A DNA stretch of 64,000 bases. It comes from Tubulanus polymorphus. Taxonomy: Eukaryota; Animalia; Nemertea. Shown piece by piece: positions 11,301 to 23,718 of this stretch (positions are counted from its first letter, which is position 1; each line of letters begins with the position of its first letter). A program made the position numbers and the translations under genes. The notes beneath the pieces were generated by a model. That model worked only from the letters and a program-made list of their open reading frames with translations. It searched no databases and was not told the DNA's origin. The stretch lies in assembly GCF_964204645.1 (NCBI RefSeq), contig NC_134026.1, positions 8,827,950 to 8,891,949 on the forward strand, given 5' to 3'.

Positions 11301-13941
11301 GGTACAGTCCTGTCTTTGTCAGCGTTTCTAGATCAAAATTTGCTGGATGATGGTTCTTCGGGGAATGGAAAATGTTTATGAAGATTTAGAATAAAAAATT
11401 TCATATCGACATAATTTTAGTTCAGAATTGATATGTTACCTCATATTTTAAGTTGTTAATTCTTTTTCTTTTTAGAGCTTGGTGATTTGCTTTGTTGTAT
11501 GTTCAAAGATTATGCCGATATTGACATTCGCGATCGGGCTAAGTTTTTGTACGCTATGATGGTCACTTTATCAAGTAAAAAGGTAACCAAGCCGAGTAGC
11601 TGGAACCGCTTCCACTGTTGTAAGTTAATGTTTAACTCAGAGTTAACTCATTGAAACTGAAAATGAACTAATTATTACTCGGAGTTAACTCTAACTCAGG
11701 TTCCAGGCTCCATTTCCACAGTTGTGAGTTAGTGTTAACTCTCGAGTTGAAATTAGTTCATTTTCAATCAGTTAACTCCGAGTTAAATCTTAATTAACTG
11801 GGTCCAGTTTCACAGTTGTGAATTAGAGTTAACTCTGTGTTAGAATTAGTTCATTTTCAATGTTTTAACTCAGAGTCAAATCTTAACCCACAACTGTGGA
11901 AATGGATCCAGAATTGTGGAACTGGGTCCTGTATATAAACATGTTTTGTTATTTTAAACGTACTCAATGTTAAGATTTTGTATTTTACAGCTGTCTACCA
12001 TACTTTTAAAGAATCCATCCAGTCACAAAGCTATCAATCTGGCAAATCTAGTCACAGGTTAGAACTATTTTCATCGAGACATCGTTTCTGGATAACTTCA
12101 GTTCGAACAATGTTAGCTTGAAGAATGAGTGATGATTTCATCATAATGCGTCTGTCTCGATATGAAAGCCTAGTTTTGTTTACTAAGTATATTTTCGAAA
12201 TTGTAGGCGAATCTAATTTTCCTGCTGCTCAACCGATTGTTCACCTTGAAGAAGCAGTAATTGAACTGAAAAAGTATGTTCGAAATTCTCTTCCTATGTT
12301 TTCTGTTAGATCCACATTGTTTACCGGTATATTGTTATTTTCTCTTGCTTCTATGAAAGACTTGACGATCCTATTTCACCAGCAAGAAATGAAAACATTC
12401 CAGATGTAGAGGATACTAGTAAGTAATAGCAGGAATACATGTTTCTTCGGTAATAGAAGCAGCAGTGTTTATGTCAGGGTTGGCGGAAAGGTATCGAGTA
12501 TTGGTATAACCTTTTAGCAAAGTTCATTTATGAATTGATTTGTGATCAACTCAATTAGTTCTTTTAGGAACTTGGGTGCAATCTGGACATTTTAATGAAA
12601 ATTATTTTTGGCACAGTCACATCCTATACATACGTAGTTACCTTCTTTCCAGTTTCACCAGTATTTCACATGTAAAATCATAGAATTCTATGCCTTGTTG
12701 AATTAATAAACAAATTGGATTTTCAAGCTTTCTTACCAACTAGGCCTATACAAAAATCGAATATCCTCTTTTCAGAACTACTTAACCTGTATTGGAGTGT
12801 TGTACATGACAAAAGCAAAACATCATCAATCTCAAAAACGTACCAAATTCAATTGAAAAGTACCTCCACTTTTCAAACTGTCTATGCAGTACTCATGAAA
12901 TTCACGTCTAATCCAAAATACGCTAGTCTAAATGGTAAGTTGCACAAATTCTTTTTTTCAAATCGAAAAATGCATCTTTAATTATTGGTACATCATGCCA
13001 CAATTTTAGTGCAATTGTGAAATGCATCAATCTTCGCTTTTACAGAGGTTTATTTACCAGTTCTAGAATCAGAGATAGGTAGGCTAATTGTAGGATGAGA
13101 CAAAACACGTACAAATACCCTGTATATTACGGTACTATTAGTCAAGTTTTAAATACTTGTATTCTAGATGGAGTAACAGTAGATTTAGAATTCAAGCCGT
13201 TAGAACCTTCACCTGCAACGTTCGATGCTAGGTAAATTTTGGAAAGTTTGAACATTCAGAAATTGTCAGAGCGTATTCGTAAATTCATTCCCAGATATTC
13301 GAATATGTTTCAGCGTCACGTTTACAACTGATGGATTCGGTCATTATAGCTGTCACACTCAACCGCTTGTACTAGAATTCTCAGATTTATTTCAAGTTAT
13401 CGGGCTGTCTGCTGGAGTCACGAATACGGCCCAACGCGCTTTGATATTTGATAATCTGTGGAAAACGTTTACCGAGAAACAAAATTTGGCGTAAGTATCT
13501 TGTGCTGTGATTGGAATTATAAACTGCAATTGCTAGTCATGTATGCGCATCAAACGATTAACTCTTTAAAATGGATTTTTCAGGGGCAGTAATTGCGCCG
13601 AGAGCCTGCGTTACATTCCTGTCTGTAAAAATATACTGTCAAAAGTCGTCAAAAACAGATTGCATCAATTCCTGATGGACAGTTCAGGTAGACTTTCAAA
13701 TTCAAACATAGGATATAGCGATTAACTTCATAAAAAGCGTACTTAACTCTTATCAATATTTGTTTCAGACCCTGACATTTTAAAAGTTGGTATTTTCCTG
13801 TTACCTCGCTATCACTTATTGCTTCAATTTAAACTGTCTGAAGAGGATTGTGTGGTGTTCATCGCAACGGACTACTGGCAAATGCTACCTCAAGTGGATA
13901 AATTCCTTGAATATCTACCTGTGAAAAATAAAACAAACTGA
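5335..13941 (+). CDS. AP5B1: AP-5 complex subunit beta-1, ~25 coding exons
   Basis: GT-AG exons: 5335-5463, 6268-6362, 6911-7034, 7344-7478, 7845-7981, 8053-8107, (8311-8328), 8438-8602, 8698-8772, 9089-9232, 9745-9892, 9982-10135, 10401-10490, 10588-10723, 11166-11301, 11476-11582, 11991-12057, ~12208-12272, 12360-12418, ~12775-12934, ~13046-13077, 13169-13231, 13314-13490, 13584-13688, 13769-13941. Motifs FRLCPSAFL, NACQCLQEMEVCYPGIL, IFKPHLLRFMGT, DIDIRDRAKFLY and C-terminal FLLPRYHLLL...IATDYWQMLP match recalled AP5B1. AATAAA at ~14375. Confidence 0.88.
5479..5875. mobile_element. Harbinger-type MITE in AP5B1 intron 1
   Basis: TIR aggcgcttttacgaaattgaatct...agattcagtttcttaaaagcgcct with TAA on both flanks. 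Confidence 0.78.
6079..6203. mobile_element. Short palindromic Harbinger-like MITE; copies at ~6646-6781 and 36683-36814
   Basis: gggccagttgctcaaca...tgttgagcaactggtcc flanked by a CTG duplication. Confidence 0.72.
10809..10850 (-). ncRNA. Minimal type I hammerhead ribozyme motif
   Basis: Minus strand reads ccac CTGATGA t ggctgtt-agtc-aacagcc GAAA c gtt gtgg: 4-bp stem I, 7-bp stem II, palindromic minimal stem III. Confidence 0.72.
10890..10931 (+). ncRNA. Minimal type I hammerhead ribozyme motif
   Basis: ccac CTGATGA t ggctgtt-agac-aacagcc GAAA c gtc gagg: GUC cleavage triplet, one stem I mismatch. Confidence 0.7.
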
Positions 13942-16900
13942 ATATGCGACTATGATTGCATTAGGTAAACTGCTGACAGTTTAATGAATGAGTTTAATGA
14001 TGGTCCATGGGTTAGTATCTGAAACCAGGATCAAGTTCCTTTGTTCATTGTGAAAGTTAATTTTGATCTCTGATTTCCAAGTAGTTTAAGATAAATTTAT
14101 TTGACTTCATTGAAGTAAGTAGTGAGTCAAGTGTGAAACTGGGTGAATTAATTTGATACCTTAAGAGTCAATTAAGATCATAGTACATATATACTGTCTT
14201 TTCGTCTATCAATGTTTTATAGTAGAAACATATTTTTCATGTTAAAACTTTATTTTGAAGCTTTATCCATAGGTATAGCATTCAAAATATGTTTACTAAT
14301 AACATTGTTACTGTGGTATATAAACAGTGGCCTTAATTGGTGCTTTATTATAATGAGATTTGTATACATGTATAAATAAAAATCTGTGACAATTCAAAAC
14401 AACTGAAATTGTTTTAATTGTTGAAGCACTTTCGCATGGTTAGACTTAATGTTCTTCGTAAGATCTCAAAGCAACTGGAAAACTTCTGTTGAACATAAGA
14501 GTACCATTAGGACACCACCAAGTACAGATATTCATCCTTGAATCTATGATGTACTAGTATTAGACTGTACCTTGCTTCGAGTACAAGTTGACAATCAGAA
14601 TACACTAGTTGATAAGTATTTGCTAAAATACCTTTATAAAATTCAAATTTCAATGTTTTCGCAAATAATATAGCTATGTCATTATACATGTAGTTATATT
14701 ACATTAGCCATTTAAATTTTCATAAATTAGTAAATAAGTAGGCCTCGAGATACATACTGGTACATACATGAAGAATTATGGGTGCCGCCAGGAAGCTGGG
14801 AGGTTGAAATCTGTAATAACTGGAGTTGCACAAATTAATCGACGGAGAAGGTTTGAGACATATTTTTCGAACATTTGGAACATTTGGCCACTAAGCCTAC
14901 ATTTCAGTCAGAATAAAGAATTTGATGACAAACTCAGTTTTGAAAAATGGGCGTTGGTAGGACTCCCTACCCCCAGGTGGTGCCGATAATCATTAGCAAA
15001 CTCGTACATTGCGTTTCGCCCATTTCATGAATACCTTAAAGATAAATCATAACATGAAACATAAACACTTTTTTATCAAGAGTTGTATCTTTTTATTTCA
15101 TTTTTCAAAAATAGATCATAAATTATTGACTATAATACATCCATTGATGACCTAATGTACTCGAAATAAACAAGCCTAGACTGCAACCATTAAAATAAAA
15201 GCATAGCACATAAAAAATATTTTCCATCAGGGTAGGTCCAGAGACAAATGCTGAAGGTTTTGACGGGCACTTTTTGTCCAGAGGAAACCTAAGAAACGCC
15301 GAGAGGTTTTAAACAAAATAAACGAGGGGTAAGCTCGCAAAATGAGTTGATACACCTTTGCAATATCACCTAGCTATTTCAGCATTTTAGACAGAAAGGG
15401 ATTTCAAAGTTGACTGACTATTAGAGCTGTAAATTTGACCAATGACTCGGCAGGATACCGAATTACTTTACAAGGTCTAACCAAGGAAATGTTGCAAACC
15501 CCTGCTGGTTCTACCCCTACATGGTCAGATCTCTGTGAAATGATAAAAAATAGCATGTAGGAATATGATGAATATTTTTGTTCTAAAGATGATTCGGCAT
15601 TCATAAAATCAATATTCGCTATTACATTGTAGCACATTTTGTGGTGTCCACACTTAGTGTCGCAGGGCCAAGTTGTGTGAAAATTTTTGACTAAGGTTTA
15701 GTAGTTGTTTATTTCGATAAGTACAACAATAACAGATTCGGGTGAATACCCCTTAACTCAAAACCCTTGGCCCAGTTTTATAGACTGGTATCAACTTAAC
15801 TCGGGGGTTAACTCAATTCATTTTCAGTCGAGTTAACTTAAAAAACTAGGTAAACAGGGCCCTGGTGTTTTGACGATAATGCTCATACAATCATGAATGC
15901 ATTTTACATTGATCTCTTTCCTTGTTCGATCATACTATACATTTTTAATACCATACACAATGTACAACCTCTTTATAAGAGCAAGAAATTTTGACAGAAT
16001 ACATGTATTTTCATTCCTTGTACATATGGTACACTGATTCTACAATCACCTAGCACCTTTCTAATGAACATAGCTATTATATGATAAGAAGAAACAGTCC
16101 TTTGATTAACAGAAAAACCTAATATGACTTTTATCAGGTTATGTACCGCCAAAACTGGCAGAACTAGCTCACCAGATGTGCTCTCAAGTCAAGTTGAAAT
16201 ACCGTAGACATTAGCCTCAATTTTTCCTACCTCATTACACATGACGTGAAACATAATATGGATTAGTCCATCAGAATGAAATAGTGTAAATCTAACTGGT
16301 GTTATACGTTAAATGTTTTACAATCAGAAAAAACACAACAGGAATCCTATAATTCATTAGACTCTGCACCCTTTTTTTATAATAATACTCCAGTTGCGCA
16401 GTCGTGACTTAAGCCCAAAAGTGGTCTTAAATTTTAAGACTGGTCTGGTCTTAAGTTGTTAGATGGGCTATAGACTTAAGTTGGTCATAGACTAGTCTTA
16501 AGTCATGACTATTCAACCGGCCCGGGCCGGTTCCATAATCATGGCTTAGACTTGGGATCAGTCTTAGACCTTGGTTGTATAGCCCATCAGATTAAAACTA
16601 GACTCAAATTTCAAGACAATTTTTTGGACTTACATCTCGACTATGGAACCAGACCCAGAAGTTTTTTCTAATACAACACATTTCTTAGCCTCACGTCAAA
16701 CATGAATAACAAGGCTGCGGAGTAACACATCATCAATTTCTTTTCTTTTCAAATTTATATTCCCTTCTTCATGATGGAACTTATTACCGATTAGGATAGA
16801 TTGAAAACCTTTTTACATTACAAGTTTAAAGGACGGAATTTGAAATATATGAAATGCATGAGATATAGAAATTATACACTACAACCTTTATAATGAAATG

Positions 16901-17086
16901 TACACATTCTAGCAGTCGACCAAAATCTCGAGCAAGAATTTCATAAACGTCTTTCCTCTAGAAATATCAACCGTGATATCGTCAATGACTCTTCCAGAAA
17001 GGTATACATTACTTGGGATTGGCAAAAACATACCGGCATTATACATCCAGCTTACCCTATACCAGAAAGAATATGAGATACGTAAA

Positions 17087-17395
17087 CAGTGTTCTCCATA
17101 TGCTGGAATTTTAAAGGGGCCGCATGTCATTAAGTGTATGACATCGTGGCTGCTGAAGTAGCAACAATGTTTTGGATCCCCCAAACTTTAATTGAAGCTT
17201 AATTTCGGTGTGATCTTCTATTTATGCTTAGCTCGATATATTTCATAGAAATTATCAGCATTGATAAGATATTGACAATGACATCCACTCTTGTAGGAGC
17301 AGAAGAAATTTTATAAGGGATGGCCGATTCTCAGAGGGGTGGATGTAAAATGAAAGGGGTGGCGGCCCCCCTAAAACCTGCTGTGGAGAGCACTG
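17087..17395 (+). mobile_element. ~310-bp MITE family (cagtgttctcca...tggagaacactg); copies at 26200-26507 and 30227-30755
   Basis: Three similar copies in the window with short TIRs. Confidence 0.8.
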
Positions 17396-18450
17396 GTAAA
17401 CACAAATAAGTTTTAGACACAATCACTGCAGTAATCTGCATATCAGCTGTCGTCATATCAGCAAACACAAGCTGCGCAACTGTAAAACTTTGTCATTATA
17501 TGTATAAATATTTGACTTAATATTACATGTACCGGTAGTACCGGGTAGATGTTAGATAGTGAAGATATATGTATTACAATGATATGCTGAGTTTTAGCCT
17601 AACTTCAACCATTAGAGCATCTGTCACCAACTACAGTAGGCTCCTTTGAACAGGAATCCATTGGGACCACAGTGTATTTGACTTGAAATTAGAGGAATCA
17701 ACTGTAAATTTTACCATATGCTAGGGCCTAATTGACAACAAGCCAATAATCAATGCCCTATCCAGAAATCCCGAAGTATTACTGGAAGCCTCATGATGGA
17801 TGGTATACAGCATGGACATTAATTTATATGTCCACATTTATAGAGCAGTCGAAGTCGACAGGTAGCTTGGAATTATGTTTTTATTAGAGTCCATAGTTAA
17901 GAAGAGACCATTACTTCTCAATATCCGAATCAAAAAATACATACAGTACAGGGCACAGTTTTATAGACTGGTATCAACTTAAAACCAGGGGCTAACTCAA
18001 TTGAAAATGAATTGAGTCGTCTATAAAACTCGCCCCAGCACTTGAAACGTCTTCTTAAAGCCTGGGATAGAACAAAAATCAAAATGTGCAATTTCATAAT
18101 TCAATGGTATAAAGCAATTTTGGCATTGAAACCGAGCAAATTTCGAGCTATATTCATATTCCAGTACTTGTCACCAACTGCACATACCGGTATGTGAATT
18201 TGAAAATCTTTACCGGTATATCAATTAACAACATCAACACCATAAGGACAACTATTCTTTTAGATGTTAATCTAATACCACCGTAAAAACCTTGTAAGCC
18301 CACACGTCCTGTTCTCGGTGTCCTGATAAAAATAAATTTCATCTTTCATAAGTAGCCAAACACCAGACTGTTTTAAGGATATGCGTTTTAAAATCTATCT
18401 TCATCCCATCGTTAAGGAAATTTTCATAGATCATTCGCGAAATCTGTGTT

Positions 18451-20553
18451 TTAAGACCTCAACGATTTCCCGAGAAAGTATAGTTCGATATCTTCGAGAG
18501 ACTTTCCTTTAGTTTCGGGTAGATATTTCAGAATAAACGCGACGCCGATGAAACAAGACGACCCGAAGAACCAGAACACGCCCGACTTGCCGAGAACTTG
18601 TTGCATGAATTCGAATTCTTTGGTGATAATGAAAGAGAACGTCCACATCGTCAGCGTCGTCATCGAACTGGCCTTCGATCGCGCTTTCACCGGGAACAAT
18701 TCGGACATGACGAGCGCCGGTATAGGACCCCAGCCGAGAGAGAAACCGACGACGTACACCATCACGCACAACAACGGTATCCAAGCGTACGATTGGCTTT
18801 CCGAGTAGAAATAATAGCCGAACACCGTACAACTGAGACCCATCGTCAGACCGCCGAGGGTGAGCAGAGTTCGTCGACCGAGACGATCCATCAGGAATAC
18901 CGAAAATACGGTCGCGACGACTTGCACGGCACCGATAATAACAGCGGCCAGGTTTCCACTTTCTTTGAAGCCGGCTTTCAGCATGATATTTACGGCGTAG
19001 AACATGATCGCGTTTATTCCGCCTAATTGTTGAAACAACGCGATCAGAAGGCTTATTTTCAATGGCATCTTCAACTCGGGTCGACGGAATTCCGACAACG
19101 AAACCGGCGGCTCTTTCAGGTTGATGCTCTCTTCGATGTCGCGTAGTTCGCCCTCGACGTCGACGTGCCGTCCGCGCAGCCACGACAACGCCGCCTTCGC
19201 CTCGTTGCGCGCGCCGTTCATCAATAACCAGCGCGGCGTCTCCGGCATCGACGACAACGACAAAATCAACAGCGCCGGAAACGCGACGGCGAGCAACGCC
19301 AACATCTTCCAACCGAGCGCCAATCCGCCGGCGTACGCGATTAAAATACCGATCGTGATGAACAGCTGGCCGCAACTGGCTAAAGTTCCGCGCATTTCGC
19401 TCGTCGATATCTCGGTGATGTAGACGGCGACGGCCGCGCTGATTATTCCGCTACCGACGCCGGTCAACGTGCGACCGATATAAAACAACGCCACGGAACC
19501 CGATATCGTTATCAGCCCCCAACCGACGATGAACGGTATCGTCGTCAACAAGATCGTCTTTTTGCGTCCGAATCTATCGAGCATCCCACCTGGAAAATAA
19601 CAACAACTATTAAGTTACTGACCAAAGTCCGATATAAATCGGAACAGTTAGGGATATTTCTATAAAAGTATGGAGAACAGAGTTTGAGAAAATACAGCGG
19701 ATAGAGCGAGACTCGAACCCGGGCCAGTAAATTACTAGCGCAGCGTCTCCCCACTAGACCACCGAGCTCACTGAAAACCACCCGAATGCTTTAACTACAT
19801 ATAGCCTCACCTTACCCTAACCCTATCCCTAGTTGTGAAACCGAACCCGCTGGACCCTCTTCTCACCCTCTTGACACTAATCCTATCGAAACCCTAACCG
19901 AATATAATGATTTTATTGTTATATAATATATGGATCCGGCAAAATATCTTTTATAAGTCCGTAACCGGATCCGGCTAGATAACCACTTCCTTCAATTTTT
20001 TTTAACTTTTTCGATCTCGTGATTGTGGGATTTATAGGCCTATTCTATTCGTCTCTTGCGATTCATTGCGTAGTTTTACCGCGTTATCATGGCTCCTGAC
20101 GACAAATTTCTTTTTACTTTAAGTGCTCCCCTATCTAGATCACCATGAAATCTATGGTTCAAATTACCAGATTACCTAGATCCACCCTCGGCTCCACAGT
20201 ACGTCAAAAACACCATTAAATTATCAACAAATCATATAATCGTTACGCCTCTTCTTTCGAAAATATCCAAATACAAGGTAATACTGACCAACTAGAAAAC
20301 TGCCAATCATCCCTCCAATATTCAGCAGACTGGAAAACCAAGCTAGTTGATCGGCTGCCATTACTTGGTTCCATTCCATATCGGGAACGGCCGGGGATGA
20401 GTACCCGACCGCGTAACCGAAACATAACGACCCCAAACACGAGAACAGCGTTGCAAATATTTGATTCTTCGAAGAACCGCGATATTTCGAGTCTACAGCT
20501 CGTTCAACACCCATATCACTGACAGCGGCGGTGGCATCAACGACAACGGACAT
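18451..20553 (-). CDS. MFS sugar porter, GLUT8/GLUT6 (SLC2A8)- or Tret1-like, 467 aa, two coding exons
   Basis: Exons 20553-20289 and 19589-18451 join in phase (1404 nt). Motifs FGYAVGYSSP, DRFGRK, YITEIS..MRG, PETPRWL, QQLGGINAIMFY, DRLGRR, LGWGPIP..MSELFP and PETKGKSLEDI, with a 12-TM pattern. Confidence 0.95.
19695..19775 (-). mobile_element. tRNA-derived SINE head or tRNA-like remnant in the transporter intron
   Basis: Minus-strand A box tggtctagtgg and B box ggttcgagtc; no complete cloverleaf seen. Confidence 0.5.
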
Positions 20554-21573
20554 TACTTCAAGAAATTTCACTTGTACTTTTTTTTTACCAGTCGACTTGA
20601 TGTGACACCATCCGGCGGGTGGTGCCCCCTTCCGATCAAATATTGTAAACCAGATAAAGAACATTTCAAAATGATAATTGACGAAAAATTTAGATTTACA
20701 ATACAATAAAAGCAAATTAAGCGTTTTAAAGTAGTTTTGGTTGATTCTTTTTTCTCGGTAGGCTAAAAAGATTGTGAAAAAGTCATTGCCGTCTAGTGGC
20801 GCTACCTTTTGGTTAGATCTTCTTCCCTGTGCGTGTTTGAATGTATCAATGCGCTCAACGTCGGCAATCTTCGGAAGTTTCCGGAAAATTGGTTTATCAG
20901 CTAAATAACTTATCTACAACTTATTTAAAACCGATATCATATATAGAACAATATCTCAATAAACGATAATCATTATAGTTTTTAAGATATGATTCTTTAT
21001 CCCACACACAAATACCTCAAAATTCCGGGCACTCATTTCCGCTTATAGCCTATAGGTGTTGTTGGGTTAAATTTGAGATCCGAAATTTTTTACAAAATAC
21101 TGCCAGATTTCTGCCTCATCTTGCTCGAATATTCTGGTAGGGTACACAAAAATCTCATCACTTATATGTTTTAATCGAAAATATGCGAAATGTTCTAGAA
21201 CGAACGAATCCAATTGATTAACGGGCTCAAAATCACATTTTATTTTTACCCACCAAAGGCAAAAAAAGGAAGTCCCCCAGCTATCGTTTGTTCGCTACTT
21301 CCATTCCAGTGTGTTGCCGTGCGTGGAGTGTGGTGCAACAACAGGATCCCCAGCACTTCGTTTCTCACATCTCTATCCAAAAGCCTTCTGGCCTTTGACC
21401 TTTGCAATTTCGTCACTCATATGTGACTTGTTTGATATATTTTTTTGAATTGGAGGTATGAGTTGTAAAAAAGATCCGAATGGTTAAGAAATTCATTCAG
21501 TTGTAACTTTGTATCTAAGAAGTATCAGTTTGCTGGTGTTTAATAAATACTCTTAGGCCTACAGGCTTTTAGT

Positions 21574-22050
21574 CTAATGTCTATTTCAACCTGACTTGAG
21601 AGCATACAGGGTGGCCTAGCTCAGTCAGTTGTGGTGGTACATACCTGATTAAAGTCTTATTAGGACCAGAATGCTTTGGCAGTCGACCTAAATCATCATT
21701 ATTTAATCCATTTGAAACTGTATTGAAGGATATATCCAAAAAATCTGCATTGAGAGGTGTTCCTGAGAGAAAAGAGACTCCATGATTTGAAAGTTTAACA
21801 ATATGTCTCCATGCCTACCAACTGAAATTTGATATGTAGGCATGGAAACATATTGTTAAACTTTCAAATCATGGAGTCACTTCTCTTCATTTAACCCCTA
21901 TCAGTGAGACTTTTTTGATATCCTTCGATACAGTTTCAAATGGATTAAAAAATGATGATTTAGGTCGACTGCCTGTCCTTTCTGGTCCTATTAAGACCTT
22001 TATCAGGTATGTACTACTGAGCGAGCTAGGCCACCCGGAATGTAATCAGA
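21574..22050. mobile_element. Foldback/MITE, imperfect palindrome of ~430 bp
   Basis: gggtggcctagctc...catgcctac [~17-nt loop] gtaggcatg...gagctaggccaccc. Left end ctaatgtctattt. Fragments at ~16090-16215, 24277-24330 and 50425. Confidence 0.8.
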
Positions 22051-22128
22051 TGGAAGTTAACTATTGTTTGTGCATAAATTTTTAATCCTAAGTAGCTTTT
22101 GACGATCGTAGTAGCTCAAAACTTTTGC

Positions 22129-22676
22129 CTAATGTCTATTTATTAATTGATGAGACCTGTTTTTCTGGGATATTTTGTTTACTTTTTGGGGTACATTCCT
22201 CATTTATGTCTTAACAGAATGCCAAAAATCGCGGACAACAACTGAATATCCCATATATTTCCAGTTCTGTACCAATTAGATGGATTGGCAAAAAGACTCC
22301 TTAAGTCCAGTTGAATGAGAGAGAAAATCCTCCATTTTGTCAAATTTCTTGGATTTGAACATTGTTACCATGCCTACGCCACCCTGATTTAGTTGTTGAG
22401 ACCCCACAAGAAAAATAACTTCATTTCGTAGGCATGGTGACAATGTAAAAATTCAAGAAATTTCACAAAATGGAGGATTTTTTCTCTCATTCAATTGGCC
22501 TTAAGGAGTCTTTTTGCCAATCCATCTAATTGGTACAGAACTGGAAATATATCGGATATTCAGTTGTTGTCCGCGATTTTTGGCATTCTGTAAAGACATA
22601 AATGAGGTATGTACCCCAAAAAGTAAGCAAAATATCCAAGAAAAACAGGTCTCATCCATTAATAAATAGACATTAG
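22129..22676. mobile_element. Foldback element, 548-bp near-perfect palindrome
   Basis: ctaatgtctatttattaa...ttaataaatagacattag; arms of ~250 bp around a ~48-nt spacer. Confidence 0.88.
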
Positions 22677-23718
22677 TCGCCTCAAAAAACAGTTGAAGTG
22701 GAGCACCATAACATATATGGCGGCTTTTCGTGGTGCATGGTGGGAGTGTAAATTACAGATTCGGACTTGAACTTGGACTGACATCGATGCCAATGCAGAT
22801 ATTATTCTTGTTTCAAATTCTTATGGTTAAAATTGACCAAAAGTGATGCGTTTTATCAAAAAAATAACATTTAGAGTAATTTTAGAGATATATATTGAAT
22901 TTTCACATTTTATTAATTTAGTCCGTATTGGAAATCCCGATAGTGGCAATCAATTCAATTCAAATCAAATCAATAAATTCTCCGGTTCGCGATTTAAATC
23001 ATCAAAAATTTTATAATAAAACACATTTTCAAAGTCAACAAGGTAACTGATTAATATATTTTAGTACAAAGGTATGATTTGACACTAAAATCAGTTGTTG
23101 CATTGCAATTAACAGGAGTTGACCTCTATATGATACTTTAGCGTCAGACGTTGTAGTAGGGAACCGTAACAACGACTAGTATTCAGACTACTGATAAAAG
23201 TGACTCCATGATTTGAAAGTCTAACATATTACTTAGGCCTGGTAATTCAATTGACAGTAGATTGAATATACAGGAAAGTGGAATTACCCTGGAATATATA
23301 ACTGGTCTACATGACCGGTATCCCGGTTAAGACATTGCGAAAAAGCTTCCTTATGGGCCCTCATTTCACGTACAAAGTGCTTCTTTCTGATTCAGAAAGT
23401 CATTCCTTTTGGCTCTAGAATTGCCGCTCAGTCCTTCGTAATACTTTTTGTCCTGGCCTTGCCACTGGAAACCCTGCTAAAAGGAGGATGGTTTAAATTC
23501 CATATATCGGCGGACAGAACTTGTTTTAGTTTATTAGCTGTGCTCATTTCGTCTTTGTATTTGCAAGATATATTTTCCGTTCCTATATGGCCGGGCCTAT
23601 CACAAATCATCAAGGGGAGTCGTCATCATCATCAAGAAATTCCCTTAGGCCGTTGCTTGCCATTTCAATGGTTGCAATATGTTTCTTTATCTTGCAGACG
23701 ATATAGTTGGATGTTGTG

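Noticed and set aside
18509-19423. Overlapping ORFs of 288, 142, 100 and 86 aa
   Set aside because: Alternative-frame and antisense shadows of the GC-rich transporter exon.
19805-19885. ccctaa-like telomeric remnants (also ~6600-6625)
   Set aside because: Few, degenerate units; probably part of a dispersed repeat.
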